Assembly (NCBI GenBank): GCA_964016885.1
Contig: OZ024743.1
Location: forward strand, 74,586,001-74,650,000
Origin: Eledone cirrhosa
Taxonomy: Eukaryota
DNA: 64,000 bases
Reading direction: 5' to 3'
The position numbers and the translations under genes are program-made. The notes beneath the pieces are model-generated. The model was given only the letters and a program-made list of their open reading frames with translations. It did not search any database and was not told where the DNA came from. Below are positions 1-16,400 of this stretch, piece after piece (within the stretch, counting starts at the first letter, position 1; every line of letters starts with the position of its first letter).

Positions 1-1289
1 ACACCTATCTGTAGCCATAGACACCACAACACCTATCTGTGACCATAGACACCACAACACCTATCTGTGACCATAGACACCACAACACCTATCTGTAGCC
101 ATAGACACCACAACACCTATCTGTGACCATAGACACCACAACACCTATCTGTGACCATAGACACCACAACACCTATCTGTAGCCATAGACACCACAACAC
201 CTATCTGTAGCCATAGACACCACAACACCTATCTGTGACCATAGACACCACAACACCTATCTGTAGCCATAGACACCACAACACCTATCTGTAGCCATAG
301 ACACCACAACACCTATCTGTAGCCATAGACACCACAACACCTATCTGTAGCCATAGACACCACAACACCTATCTGTGACCATAGACACCACAACACCTAT
401 CTGTGACCATAGACACCACAACACCTATCTGTAGCCATAGACACCACAACACCTATCTGTGACCATAGACACCACAACACCTATCTGTAGCCATAGACAC
501 CACAACACCTATCTGTAGCCATAGACACCACAACACCTATCTGTAGCCATAGACACCACAACACCTATCTGTAGCCATAGACACCACAACACCTATCTGT
601 AGCCATAGACACCACAACACCTATATGTAGCCATAGACACCACAACACCTATCTGTAGCCATAGACACCACAACACCTATCTGTAGCCATAGACACCACA
701 ACACCTATCTGTGACCATAGATACCACAACACCTATCTGTGACCATAGACACCACAACACCTATCTGTGACCATAGACACCACAACACCTATCTGTAGCC
801 ATAGACACCACAACACCTATATGTAGCCATAGACACCACAACACCTATCTGTAGCCATAGACACCACAACACCTATCTGTGAACATAGACACCACAACAC
901 CTATCTGTAGTCATAGACACCACAACACCTATATGTAGCCATAGACACCACAACACCTATCTGTGACCATAGAACCCACAACACCTATCTGTAGCCATAG
1001 ACACCACAACACCTATCTGTGACCATAGACATCACAACACCTATCTGTAGCCATAGACACCACAACACCTATCTGTGACCATAGACACCACAACACCTAT
1101 CTGTGACCATAGACACCACAACACCTATCTGTGACCATAGAACCCACAACACCTATCTGTAGCCATAGACACCACAACACCTATCTGTGACCATAGACAT
1201 CACAACACCTATCTGTAGCCATAGACACCACAACACCTATCTGTAGCCATAGACACCACAACACCTATCTGTAGCCATAGACACCACAA

Positions 1290-4200
1290 CACCTATGTGT
1301 GACCGTAGACACCACAAAACCTATCTGTAGCCATAGACACCACAACACCTATCTGTGACCATAGACACCACAACACTTATCTGTGACCATAGACACCACA
1401 ACACCTATCTGTAGCCATAGACACCACAACACCTATCTGTAGCCATAGACACCACAACACCTATCTGTGACCATAGACACCACAACACCTATCTGTAGCA
1501 ATAGACACCACAACACCTATCTGTGACCATAGACACCACAACACCTATCTGTAGCCATAGACACCACAACACCTATCTGTAGCCATAGACACCACAACAC
1601 CTATCTGTAGCCATAGACACCACAACACCTATCTGTGACCATAGACACCACAACACCTATCTGTAGCCATAGACACCACAACACCTATCTGTAGCCATAG
1701 ACACCACAACACCTATCTGTAGCCATAGACACCACAACACCTATCTGTAGCCATAGACACCACAACACCTATCTGTAGCCATAGACACCACAACACCTAT
1801 CTGTGACCATAGACACCACAACACCTATCTGTAGCCATAGACACCACAACACCTATCTGTAGCCATAGACACCACAACACCTATCTGTAGCCATAGACAC
1901 CACAACACCTATCTGTAGCCATAGACACCACAACACCTATCTGTAGCCATAGACACCACAACACCTATCTGTGACCATAGACACCACAACACCTATCTGT
2001 GACCATAGACACCACAACACCTATCTGTGACCATAGACACCACAACACCTATCTGTGACCATAGACACCACAACACCTATCTGTAGCCATAGACACCACA
2101 ACACCTATCTGTGACCATAGACACCACAACACCTATCTGTGACCATAGACACCACAACACCTATCTGTAGCCATAGACACCATAACACCTATCTGTAGCC
2201 ATAGACACCACAGCACCTATCTGTAGCCATAGACACCACAACAACTATCTGTTGTCATAGACATCACAACACCTATCTGTGACCATAGACACCGCAACAC
2301 CTATCTGTGACCATAGACACCACAACACCTATCTGTAGCCATAGACACCACAACACCTATCTGTGACCATAGACACCACAACACCTATCTGTGACCATAG
2401 ACACCACAACACCTATCTGTAGCCATAGGCACCACAACACCTATCTGTGACCATAGACACCACAACACCTATCTGTGACCATAGACACCACAACACCTAT
2501 CTGTGACCATAGATACCACAACACCTATCTGTAGCCATAGACACCACAACACCTATCTGTGACCATAGACACCACAACACCTATCTGTGACCATAGACAC
2601 CACAACACCTATCTGTGACCATAGACACCACAACACCTATCTGTAGCCATAGACACCACAACACCTATCTGTGATCATAGACACCACAACACCTATCTGT
2701 AGCCATAGACATCACAACTCCTATCTGTAGCCATAGACACCACAACACCTATCTGTAGCCATAGACACCACAACACCTATCTGTGACCATAGATACCACA
2801 ACACCTATCTGTAGCCATAGACACCACAACACCTATCTGTGACCATAGACACCACAACACCTATCTGTGACCATAGACACCACAACACCTATCTGTGACC
2901 ATAGACACCACAACACCTATATGTAGCCATAGACACCACAACACCTATCTGTAGCCATAGACACCACAACACCTATCTGTGACCATAGACACCACAACAC
3001 CTATCTGTGACCATAGACACCACAACACCTATCTGTGACCATAGACACCACAACACCTATATGTAGCCATAGACACCACAACACCTATCTGTAGCCATAG
3101 ACACCACAACACCTATCTGTAGCCATAGACACCACAACACCTATCTGTGACCATAGACACCACAACACCTATCTGTGACCATAGACACCACAACACCTAT
3201 CTGTAGCCATAGACACCACAACACCTATCTGTGACCATAGACACCACAACACCTATCTGTGACCATAGACACGACAACACCTATCTGTAGCCATAGACAC
3301 CACAACACCTATCTGTAGCCATAGACACCACAACACCTATCTGTGACCATAGACACCACAACACCTATCTGTAGCCATAGACACCACAACACCTATCTGT
3401 AGCCATAGACACCACAACACCTATCTGTAGCCATAGACACCACAACACCTATCTGTGACCATAGACACCACAACACCTATCTGTAGCCATAGACACCACA
3501 ACACCTATCTGTAGCCATAGACACCACAACACCTATCTGTAGCCATAGACACCACAACACCTATCTGTAGCCATAGACACCACAACACCTATCTGTAGCC
3601 ATAGACACCACAACACCTATCTGTAGCCATAGACACCACAACACCTATCTGTAGCCATAGACACCACAACACCTATCTGTAGCCATAGACACCACAACAC
3701 CTATCTGTGACCATAGACACCACAACACCTATCTGTGACCATAGACACCACAACACCTATCTGTGACCATAGACACCACAACACCTATCTGTGACCATAG
3801 ACACCACAACACCTATCTGTGACCATAGACAACACAACACCTATCTGTGACCATAGACACCACAACACCTATCTGTAGCCATAGACACCACAACACCTAT
3901 CTGTGACCATAGACACCACAACACCTATCTGTAGCCATAGACACCACAACACCTATCTGTAGCCATAGACACCACAACACCTATCTGTGACCATAGATAC
4001 CACAACACCTATCTGTAGCCATAGACACCACAACACCTATCTGTTGTCATAGACACCACAACACCTATCTGTGACCATAGACACCGCAACACCTATCTGT
4101 GACCATAGACACCACAACACCTATCTGTGACCATAGATACCACAACACCTATCTGTAGCCATAGACACCACAACACCTATCTGTGACCATAGACACCACA

Positions 4201-7200
4201 ACACCTATCTGTAGCCATAGACACCACAACACCTATCTGTGACCATAGACACCACAACACCTATCTGTGACCATAGACACCACAACACCTATCTGTGACC
4301 ATAGATACCACAACACCTATCTGTAGCCATAGACACCACAACACCTATCTGTGACCATAGACACCACAACACCTATCTGTGACCATAGACACCACAACAC
4401 CTATCTGTGACCATAGACACCACAACACCTATCTGTAGCCATAGACACCACAACACCTATCTGTAGCCATAGACACCACAACAACTATCTGTTGTCATAG
4501 ACACCACAACACCTATCTGTGACCATAGACACCGCAACACCTATCTGTGACCATAGACACCACAACACCTATCTGTGACCATAGACACCACAACACCTAT
4601 CTGTAGCCATAGACACCACAACACCTATCTGTGACCATAGACACCACAACACCTATCTGTGACCATAGACACCACAACACCTATCTGTAGCCATAGACAC
4701 CACAACACCAATCTGTGACCATAGACACCACAACACCTATCTGTGACCATAGACACCACAACACCTATCTGTGACCATAGATACCACAACACCTATCTGT
4801 AGCCATAGACACCACAACACCTATCTGTGACCATAGACACCACAACACCTATCTGTGACCATAGACACCACAACACCTATCTGTGACCATAGACACCACA
4901 ACACCTATCTGTAGCCATAGACACCACAACACCTATCTGTGATCATAGACACCACAACACCTATCTGTAGCCATAGACATCACAACTCCTATCTGTAGCC
5001 ATAGACACCACAACACCTATCTGTAGCCATAGACACCACAACACTTATCTGTAGCCATAGACACCACAACACCTATGTGTGACCGTAGACACCACAAAAC
5101 CTATCTGTAGCCATAGACACCACAACACCTATCTGTGACCATAGACACCACAACACCTATCTGTGACCATAGACACCACAACACCTATCTGTAGCCATAG
5201 ACACCACAACACCTATCTGTGACCATAGACACCACAACACTTATCTGTGACCATAGACACCACAACACCTATCTGTAGCCATAGACACCACAACACCTAT
5301 CTGTAGCCATAGACACCACAACACCTATCTGTGACCATAGACACCACAACACCTATCTGTAGCCATAGACACCACAACACCTATCTGTGACCATAGACAC
5401 CACAACACTTATCTGTGACCATAGACACCACAACACCTATCTGTAGCCATAGACACCACAACACCTATCTGTAGCCATAGACACCACAACACCTATCTGT
5501 GACCATAGACACCACAACACCTATCTGTAGCAATAGACACCACAACACCTATCTGTGACCATAGACACCACAACACCTATCTGTAGCCATAGACACCACA
5601 ACACCTATCTGTAGCCATAGACACCACAACACCTATCTGTAGCCATAGACACCACAACACCTATCTGTAGCCATAGACACCACAACACCTATCTGTAGCC
5701 ATAGACACCACAACACCTATCTGTAGCCATAGACACCACAACACCTATCTGTAGCCATAGACACCACAACACCTATCTGTAGCCATAGACACCACAACAC
5801 CTATCTGTGACCATAGACACCACAACACCTATCTGTAGCCATAGACACCACAACACCTATCTGTAGCCATAGACACCACAACACCTATATGTAGCCATAG
5901 ACACCACAACACCTATCTGTAGCCATAGACACCACAACACCTATCTGTAGCCATAGACACCACAACACCTATCTGTGACCATAGACACCACAACACCTAT
6001 CTGTGACCATAGACACCACAACACCTATCTGTGACCATAGACACCACAACACCTATCTGTGACCATAGACACCACAACACCTATCTGTAGCCATAGACAC
6101 CACAACACCTATCTGTGACCATAGACACCACAACACCTATCTGTGACCATAGACACCACAACACCTATCTGTAGCCATAGACACCATAACACCTATCTGT
6201 AGCCATAGACACCACAGCACCTATCTGTAGCCATAGACACCACAACAACTATCTGTTGTCATAGACACCACAACACCTATCTGTGACCATAGACACCGCA
6301 ACACCTATCTGTGACCATCGACACCACAACACCTATCTGTCGCCATAGACACCACAACACCTATCTGTGACCATAGACACCACAACACCTATCTGTGACC
6401 ATAGACACCACAACACCTATCTGTAGCCATAGACACCACAACACCTATCTGTGACCATAGACACCACAACACCTATCTGTGACCATAGACACCACAACAC
6501 CTATCTGTGACCATAGATACCACAACACCTATCTGTAGCCATAGACACCACAACACCTATCTGTGACCATAGACACCACAACACCTATCTGTGACCATAG
6601 ACACCACAACACCTATCTGTGACCATAGACACCACAACACCTATCTGTAGCCATAGACACCACAACACCTATCTGTGATCATAGACACCACAACACCTAT
6701 CTGTAGCCATAGACATCACAACTCCTATCTGTAGCCATAGACACCACAACACCTATCTGTAGCCATAGACACCACAACACCTATCTGTGACCATAGATAC
6801 CACAACACCTATCTGTAGCCATAGACACCACAACACCTATCTGTGACCATAGACACCACAACACCTATCTGTGACCATAGACACCACAACACCTATCTGT
6901 GACCATAGACACCACAACACCTATATGTAGCCATAGACACCACAACACATATCTGTAGCCATAGACACCACAACACCTATCTGTGACCATAGACACCACA
7001 ACACCTATCTGTGACCATAGACACCACAACACCTATCTGTGACCATAGACACCACAACACCTATATGTAGCCATAGACACCACAACACCTATCTGTAGCC
7101 ATAGACACCACAACACCTATCTGTAGCCATAGACACCACAACACCTATCTGTGACCATAGACACCACAACACCTATCTGTGACCATAGACACCACAACAC

Positions 7201-10200
7201 CTATCTGTAGCCATAGACACCACAACACCTATCTGTGACCATAGACACCACAACACCTATCTGTGACCATAGACACGACAACACCTATCTGTAGCCATAG
7301 ACACCACAACACCTATCTGTAGCCATAGACACCACAACACCTATCTGTGACCATAGACACCACAACACCTATCTGTAGCCATAGACACCACAACACCTAT
7401 CTGTAGCCATAGACACCACAACACCTATCTGTAGCCATAGACACCACAACACCTATCTGTGACCATAGACACCACAACACCTATCTGTAGCCATAGACAC
7501 CACAACACCTATCTGTAGCCATAGACACCACAACACCTATCTGTAGCCATAGACACCACAACACCTATCTGTAGCCATAGACACCACAACACCTATCTGT
7601 AGCCATAGACACCACAACACCTATCTGTAGCCATAGACACCACAACACCTATCTGTAGCCATAGACACCACAACACCTATCTGTAGCCATAGACACCACA
7701 ACACCTATCTGTGACCATAGACACCACAACACCTATCTGTGACCATAGACACCACAACACCTATCTGTGACCATAGACACCACAACACCTATCTGTAACC
7801 ATAGACACCACAACACCTATCTGTGACCATAGACAACACAACACCTATCTGTGACCATAGACACCACAACACCTATCTGTAGCCATAGACACCACAACAC
7901 CTATCTGTGACCATAGACACCACAACACCTATCTGTAGCCATAGACACCACAACACCTATCTGTAGCCATAGACACCACAACACCTATCTGTGACCATAG
8001 ATACCACAACACCTATCTGTAGCCATAGACACCACAACACCTATCTGTTGTCATAGACACCACAACACCTATCTGTGACCATAGACACCGCAACACCTAT
8101 CTGTGACCATAGACACCACAACACCTATCTGTGACCATAGATACCACAACACCTATCTGTAGCCATAGACACCACAACACCTATCTGTGACCATAGACAC
8201 CACAACACCTATCTGTAGCCATAGACACCACAACACCTATCTGTGACCATAGACACCACAACACCTATCTGTGACCATAGACACCACAACACCTATCTGT
8301 GACCATAGATACCACAACCCCTATCTGTAGCCATAGACACCACAACACCTATCTGTGACCATAGACACCACAACACCTATCTGTGACCATAGACACCACA
8401 ACACCTATCTGTGACCATAGACACCACAACACCTATCTGTAGCCATAGACACCACAACACCTATCTGTAGCCATAGACACCACAACAACTATCTGTTGTC
8501 ATAGACACCACAACACCTATCTGTGACCATAGACACCGCAACACCTATCTGTGACCATAGACACCACAACACCTATCTGTGACCATAGACACCACAACAC
8601 CTATCTGTAGCCATAGACACCACAACACCTATCTGTGACCATAGACACCACAACACCTATCTGTGACCATAGACACCACAACACCTATCTGTAGCCATAG
8701 ACACCACAACACCAATCTGTGACCATAGACACCACAACACCTATCTGTGACCATAGACACCACAACACCTATCTGTGACCATAGATACCACAACACCTAT
8801 CTGTAGCCATAGACACCACAACACCTATCTGTGACCATAGACACCACAACACCTATCTGTGACCATAGACACCACAACACCTATCTGTGACCATAGACAC
8901 CACAACACCTATCTGTAGCCATAGACACCACAACACCTATCTGTGATCATAGACACCACAACACCTATCTGTAGCCATAGACATCACAACTCCTATCTGT
9001 AGCCATAGACACCACAACACCTATCTGTAGCCATAGACACCACAACACCTATCTGTGACCATAGATACCACAACACCTATCTGTAGCCATAGACACCACA
9101 ACACCTATCTGTGACCATAGACACCACAACACCTATCTGTGACCATAGACACCACAACACCTATCTGTGACCATAGACACCACAACACCTATATGTAGCC
9201 ATAGACACCACAACACCTATCTGTAGCCATAGACACCACAACACCTATCGGTGACCATAGACACCACAACACCTATCTGTGACCATAGACACCACAACAC
9301 CTATCTGTGACCATAGACACCACAACACTTATCTGTGACCATAGACACCACAACACCTATCTGTAGCCATAGACACCACAACACCTATCTGTAGCCATAG
9401 ACACCACAACACCTATCTGTGACCATAGACACCACAACACCTATCTGTAGCCATAGACACCACAACACCTATCTGTGACCATAGACACCACAACACTTAT
9501 CTGTGACCATAGACACCACAACACCTATCTGTAGCCATAGACACCACAACACCTATCTGTAGCCATAGACACCACAACACCTATCTGTGACCATAGACAC
9601 CACAACACCTATCTGTAGCAATAGACACCACAACACCTATCTGTGACCATAGACACCACAACACCTATCTGTAGCCATAGACACCACAACACCTATCTGT
9701 AGCCATAGACACCACAACACCTATCTGTAGCCATAGACACCACAACACCTATCTGTGACCATAGACACCACAACACCTATCTGTAGCCATAGACACCACA
9801 ACACCTATCTGTAGCCATAGACACCACAACACCTATCTGTAGCCATAGACACCACAACACCTATCTGTAGCCATAGACACCACAACACCTATCTGTAGCC
9901 ATAGACACCACAACACCTATCTGTGACCATAGACACCACAACACCTATCTGTAGCCATAGACACCACAACACCTATCTGTAGCCATAGACACCACAACAC
10001 CTATATGTAGCCATAGACACCACAACACCTATCTGTAGCCATAGACACCACAACACCTATCTGTAGCCATAGACACCACAACACCTATCTGTGACCATAG
10101 ACACCACAACACCTATCTGTGACCATAGACACCACAACACCTATCTGTGACCATAGACACCACAACACCTATCTGTGACCATAGACACCACAACACCTAT

Positions 10201-13200
10201 CTGTAGCCATAGACACCACAACACCTATCTGTGACCATAGACACCACAACACCTATCTGTGACCATAGACACCACAACACCTATCTGTAGCCATAGACAC
10301 CATAACACCTATCTGTAGCCATAGACACCACAGCACCTATCTGTAGCCATAGACACCACAACAACTATCTGTTGTCATAGACACCACAACACCTATCTGT
10401 GACCATAGACACCGCAACACCTATCTGTGACCATCGACACCACAACACCTATCTGTCGCCATAGACACCACAACACCTATCTGTGACCATAGACACCACA
10501 ACACCTATCTGTGACCATAGACACCACAACACCTATCTGTAGCCATAGACACCACAACACCTATCTGTGACCATAGACACCACAACACCTATCTGTGACC
10601 ATAGACACCACAACACCTATCTGTGACCATAGATACCACAACACCTATCTGTAGCCATAGACACCACAACACCTATCTGTGACCATAGACACCACAACAC
10701 CTATCTGTGACCATAGACACCACAACACCTATCTGTGACCATAGACACCACAACACCTATCTGTAGCCATAGACACCACAACACCTATCTGTGATCATAG
10801 ACACCACAACACCTATCTGTAGCCATAGACATCACAACTCCTATCTGTAGCCATAGACACCACAACACCTATCTGTAGCCATAGACACCACAACACCTAT
10901 CTGTGACCATAGATACCACAACACCTATCTGTAGCCATAGACACCACAACACCTATCTGTGACCATAGACACCACAACACCTATCTGTGACCATAGACAC
11001 CACAACACCTATCTGTGACCATAGACACCACAACACCTATATGTAGCCATAGACACCACAACACATATCTGTAGCCATAGACACCACAACACCTATCTGT
11101 GACCATAGACACCACAACACCTATCTGTGACCATAGACACCACAACACCTATCTGTGACCATAGACACCACAACACCTATATGTAGCCATAGACACCACA
11201 ACACCTATCTGTAGCCATAGACACCACAACACCTATCTGTAGCCATAGACACCACAACACCTATCTGTGACCATAGACACCACAACACCTATCTGTGACC
11301 ATAGACACCACAACACCTATCTGTAGCCATAGACACCACAACACCTATCTGTGACCATAGACACCACAACACCTATCTGTGACCATAGACACGACAACAC
11401 CTATCTGTAGCCATAGACACCACAACACCTATCTGTAGCCATAGACACCACAACACCTATCTGTGACCATAGACACCACAACACCTATCTGTAGCCATAG
11501 ACACCACAACACCTATCTGTAGCCATAGACACCACAACACCTATCTGTAGCCATAGACACCACAACACCTATCTGTGACCATAGACACCACAACACCTAT
11601 CTGTAGCCATAGACACCACAACACCTATCTGTAGCCATAGACACCACAACACCTATCTGTAGCCATAGACACCACAACACCTATCTGTAGCCATAGACAC
11701 CACAACACCTATCTGTAGCCATAGACACCACAACACCTATCTGTAGCCATAGACACCACAACACCTATCTGTAGCCATAGACACCACAACACCTATCTGT
11801 AGCCATAGACACCACAACACCTATCTGTGACCATAGACACCACAACACCTATCTGTGACCATAGACACCACAACACCTATCTGTGACCATAGACACCACA
11901 ACACCTATCTGTAACCATAGACACCACAACACCTATCTGTGACCATAGACAACACAACACCTATCTGTGACCATAGACACCACAACACCTATCTGTAGCC
12001 ATAGACACCACAACACCTATCTGTGACCATAGACACCACAACACCTATCTGTAGCCATAGACACCACAACACCTATCTGTAGCCATAGACACCACAACAC
12101 CTATCTGTGACCATAGATACCACAACACCTATCTGTAGCCATAGACACCACAACACCTATCTGTTGTCATAGACACCACAACACCTATCTGTGACCATAG
12201 ACACCGCAACACCTATCTGTGACCATAGACACCACAACACCTATCTGTGACCATAGATACCACAACACCTATCTGTAGCCATAGACACCACAACACCTAT
12301 CTGTGACCATAGACACCACAACACCTATCTGTAGCCATAGACACCACAACACCTATCTGTGACCATAGACACCACAACACCTATCTGTGACCATAGACAC
12401 CACAACACCTATCTGTGACCATAGATACCACAACCCCTATCTGTAGCCATAGACACCACAACACCTATCTGTGACCATAGACACCACAACACCTATCTGT
12501 GACCATAGACACCACAACACCTATCTGTGACCATAGACACCACAACACCTATCTGTAGCCATAGACACCACAACACCTATCTGTAGCCATAGACACCACA
12601 ACAACTATCTGTTGTCATAGACACCACAACACCTATCTGTGACCATAGACACCGCAACACCTATCTGTGACCATAGACACCACAACACCTATCTGTGACC
12701 ATAGACACCACAACACCTATCTGTAGCCATAGACACCACAACACCTATCTGTGACCATAGACACCACAACACCTATCTGTGACCATAGACACCACAACAC
12801 CTATCTGTAGCCATAGACACCACAACACCAATCTGTGACCATAGACACCACAACACCTATCTGTGACCATAGACACCACAACACCTATCTGTGACCATAG
12901 ATACCACAACACCTATCTGTAGCCATAGACACCACAACACCTATCTGTGACCATAGACACCACAACACCTATCTGTGACCATAGACACCACAACACCTAT
13001 CTGTGACCATAGACACCACAACACCTATCTGTAGCCATAGACACCACAACACCTATCTGTGATCATAGACACCACAACACCTATCTGTAGCCATAGACAT
13101 CACAACTCCTATCTGTAGCCATAGACACCACAACACCTATCTGTAGCCATAGACACCACAACACCTATCTGTGACCATAGATACCACAACACCTATCTGT

Positions 13201-13400
13201 AGCCATAGACACCACAACACCTATCTGTGACCATAGACACCACAACACCTATCTGTGACCATAGACACCACAACACCTATCTGTGACCATAGACACCACA
13301 ACACCTATATGTAGCCATAGACACCACAACACCTATCTGTAGCCATAGACACCACAACACCTATCGGTGACCATAGACACCACAACACCTATCTGTGACC
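1290..13400 (+). repeat. Higher-order repeat domain A: about 3 copies of a 143-147-monomer (4,004-4,116 bp) unit
   Basis: Rare variants recur at fixed spacing: CATAAC at 2183/6187/10303, ACGAC at 3273/7277/11393, CCAATCT at 4710/8714/12830. The spacings are 4004 = 143 x 28 and 4116 = 147 x 28. Boundaries are approximate. Confidence 0.9.
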
Positions 13401-16400
13401 ATAGACACCACAACACCTATCTGTGACCATAGACACCACAACACCTATATGTAGCCATAGACACCACAACACCTATCTGTAGCCATAGACACCACAACAC
13501 CTATCTGTAGCCATAGACACCACAACACCTATCTGTGACCATAGACACCACAACACCTATCTGTGACCATAGACACCACAACACCTATCTGTAGCCATAG
13601 ACACCACAACACCTATCTGTGACCATAGACACCACAACACCTATCTGTGACCATAGACACCACAACACCTATCTGTAGCCATAGACACCACAACACCTAT
13701 CTGTAGCCATAGACACCACAACACCTATCTGTGACCATAGACACCACAACACCTATCTGTAGCCATAGACACCACAACACCTATCTGTAGCCATAGACAC
13801 CACAACACCTATCTGTAGCCATAGACACCACAAGACCTATCTGTGACCATAGACACCACAACACCTATCTGTAGCCATAGACACCACAACACCTATCTGT
13901 AGCCATAGACACCACAACACCTATCTGTAGCCATAGACACCACAACACCTATCTGTAGCCATAGACACCACAACACCTATCTGTAGCCATAGACACCACA
14001 ACACCTATCTGTAGCCATAGACACCACAACACCTATCTGTAGCCATAGACACCACAACACCTATCTGTAGCCATAGACACCACAACACCTATCAGTGACC
14101 ATAGACACCACAACACCTATCTGTGACCATAGACACCACAACACCTATCTGTGACCATAGACACCACAACACCTATCTGTGACCATAGACACCACAACAC
14201 CTATCTGTGACCATAGACACCACAACACCTATCTGTGACCATAGACACCACAACACCTATCTGTAGCCATAGACACCACAACACCTATCTGTGACCATAG
14301 ACACCACAACACCTATCTGTAGCCATAGACACCACAACACCTATCTGTAGCCATAGACACCACAACACCTATCTGTGACCATTGATACCACAACACCTAT
14401 CTGTAGCCATAGACACCACAACACCTATCTGTTGTCATAGACACCACAACACCTATCTGTGACCATAGACACCGCAACACCTATCTATGACCATAGACAC
14501 CACAACACCTATCTGTGACCATAGATACCACAACACCTATCTGTAGCCATAGACACCACAACACCTATCTGTGACCATAGACACCACAACACCTATCTGT
14601 AGCCATAGACACCACAACACCTATCTGTGACCATAGACACCACAACACCTATCTGTGACCATAGACACCACAACACCTATCTGTGACCATAGATAGCACA
14701 ACACCTATCTGTAGCTATAGACACCACAACACCTATCTGTGACCATAGACACCACAACACCTATCTGTGACCATAGACACCACAACACCTATCTGTGACC
14801 ATAGACACCACAACACCTATCTGTAGCCATAGACACCACAACACCTATCAGTAGCCATAGACATCACAACTCCTATCTGTAGCCATAGACACCACAACAC
14901 CTATCTGTAGCCATAGACACCACAACACCTATCTGTGACCATAGATACCACAACACCTATCTGTAGCCATAGACACCACAACACCTATCTGTGACCATAG
15001 ACACCACAACACCTATCTGTGACCATAGACACCACAACACCTATCTGTGACCATAGACACCACAACACCTATATGTAGCCATAGACACCACAACACCTAT
15101 CTGTAGCCATAGACACCACAACACCTATCTGTGACCATAGACACCACAACACCTATCTGTGACCATAGACACCACAACACCTATCTGTGACCATAGATAC
15201 CACAACACCTATCTGTAGCCATAGACACCACAACACCTATCTGTGACCATAGACACCACAACACCTATCTGTGACCATAGACACCACAACACCTATCTGT
15301 AGCCATAGACACCACAACACCTATCTGTGACCATAGACACCACAATACCTATCTGTAGCCATAGACACCACAACACCTATCTGTAGCCATAGACACCACA
15401 ACACCTATCTGTAGCCATAGACACCACAACACCTATCTGTAGCCATAGACACCACAACACCTATCTGTGACCATAGATACCACAATACCTATCTGTAGCC
15501 ATAGACACCACAACACCTATCTGTGACCATAGACACCACAACACCTATCTGTGACCATAGACACCACAACACCTATCTGTGACCATAGACACCACAACAC
15601 CTATATGTAGCCATAGACACCACAACACCTATCTGTAGCCATAGACACCACAACACCTATCTGTAGCCATAGACACCACAACACCTATCTGTAGCCATAG
15701 ACACCACAGCACCTATCTGTAGCCATAGACACCACAACACCTATCTGTGACCATAGATACCACAACACCTATCTGTTGTCATAGACACCACAACACCTAT
15801 CTGTGACCATAGACACCGCAACACCTATCTGTGACCATAGACACCACAACACCTATCTGTGACCATAGACACCACAACACCTATCTGTAGCCATAGACAC
15901 CACAACACCTATCTGTGACCATAGACACCACAACACCTATCTGTGACCATAGACACCACAACACCTATCTGTAGCCATAGACACCACAACACCTATCTGT
16001 GACCATAGACACCACAACACCTATCTGTGACCATAGACACCACAACACCTATCTGTGACCATAGATACCACAACACCTATCTGTAGCCATAGACACCACA
16101 ACAACTATCTGTGACCATAGATACCACAACACCTATCTGTAGCCATAGACACCACAACACCTATCTGTGACCATAGACACCACAACACCTATCTGTGACC
16201 ATAGACACCACAACACCTATCTGTGACCATAGACACCACAACACCTATATGTAGCCATAGACACCACAACACCTATCTGTAGCCATAGACACCACAACAC
16301 CTATCGGTGACCATAGACACCACAACACCTATCTGTGACCATAGACACCACAACACCTATCTGTGACCATAGACACCACAACACCTATATGTAGCCATAG

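Noticed and set aside
5-20. Hairpin CTAT-N8-ATAG in each monomer
   Set aside because: It is only a 4-bp AT-rich stem, too weak to call a structure, terminator or ncRNA.
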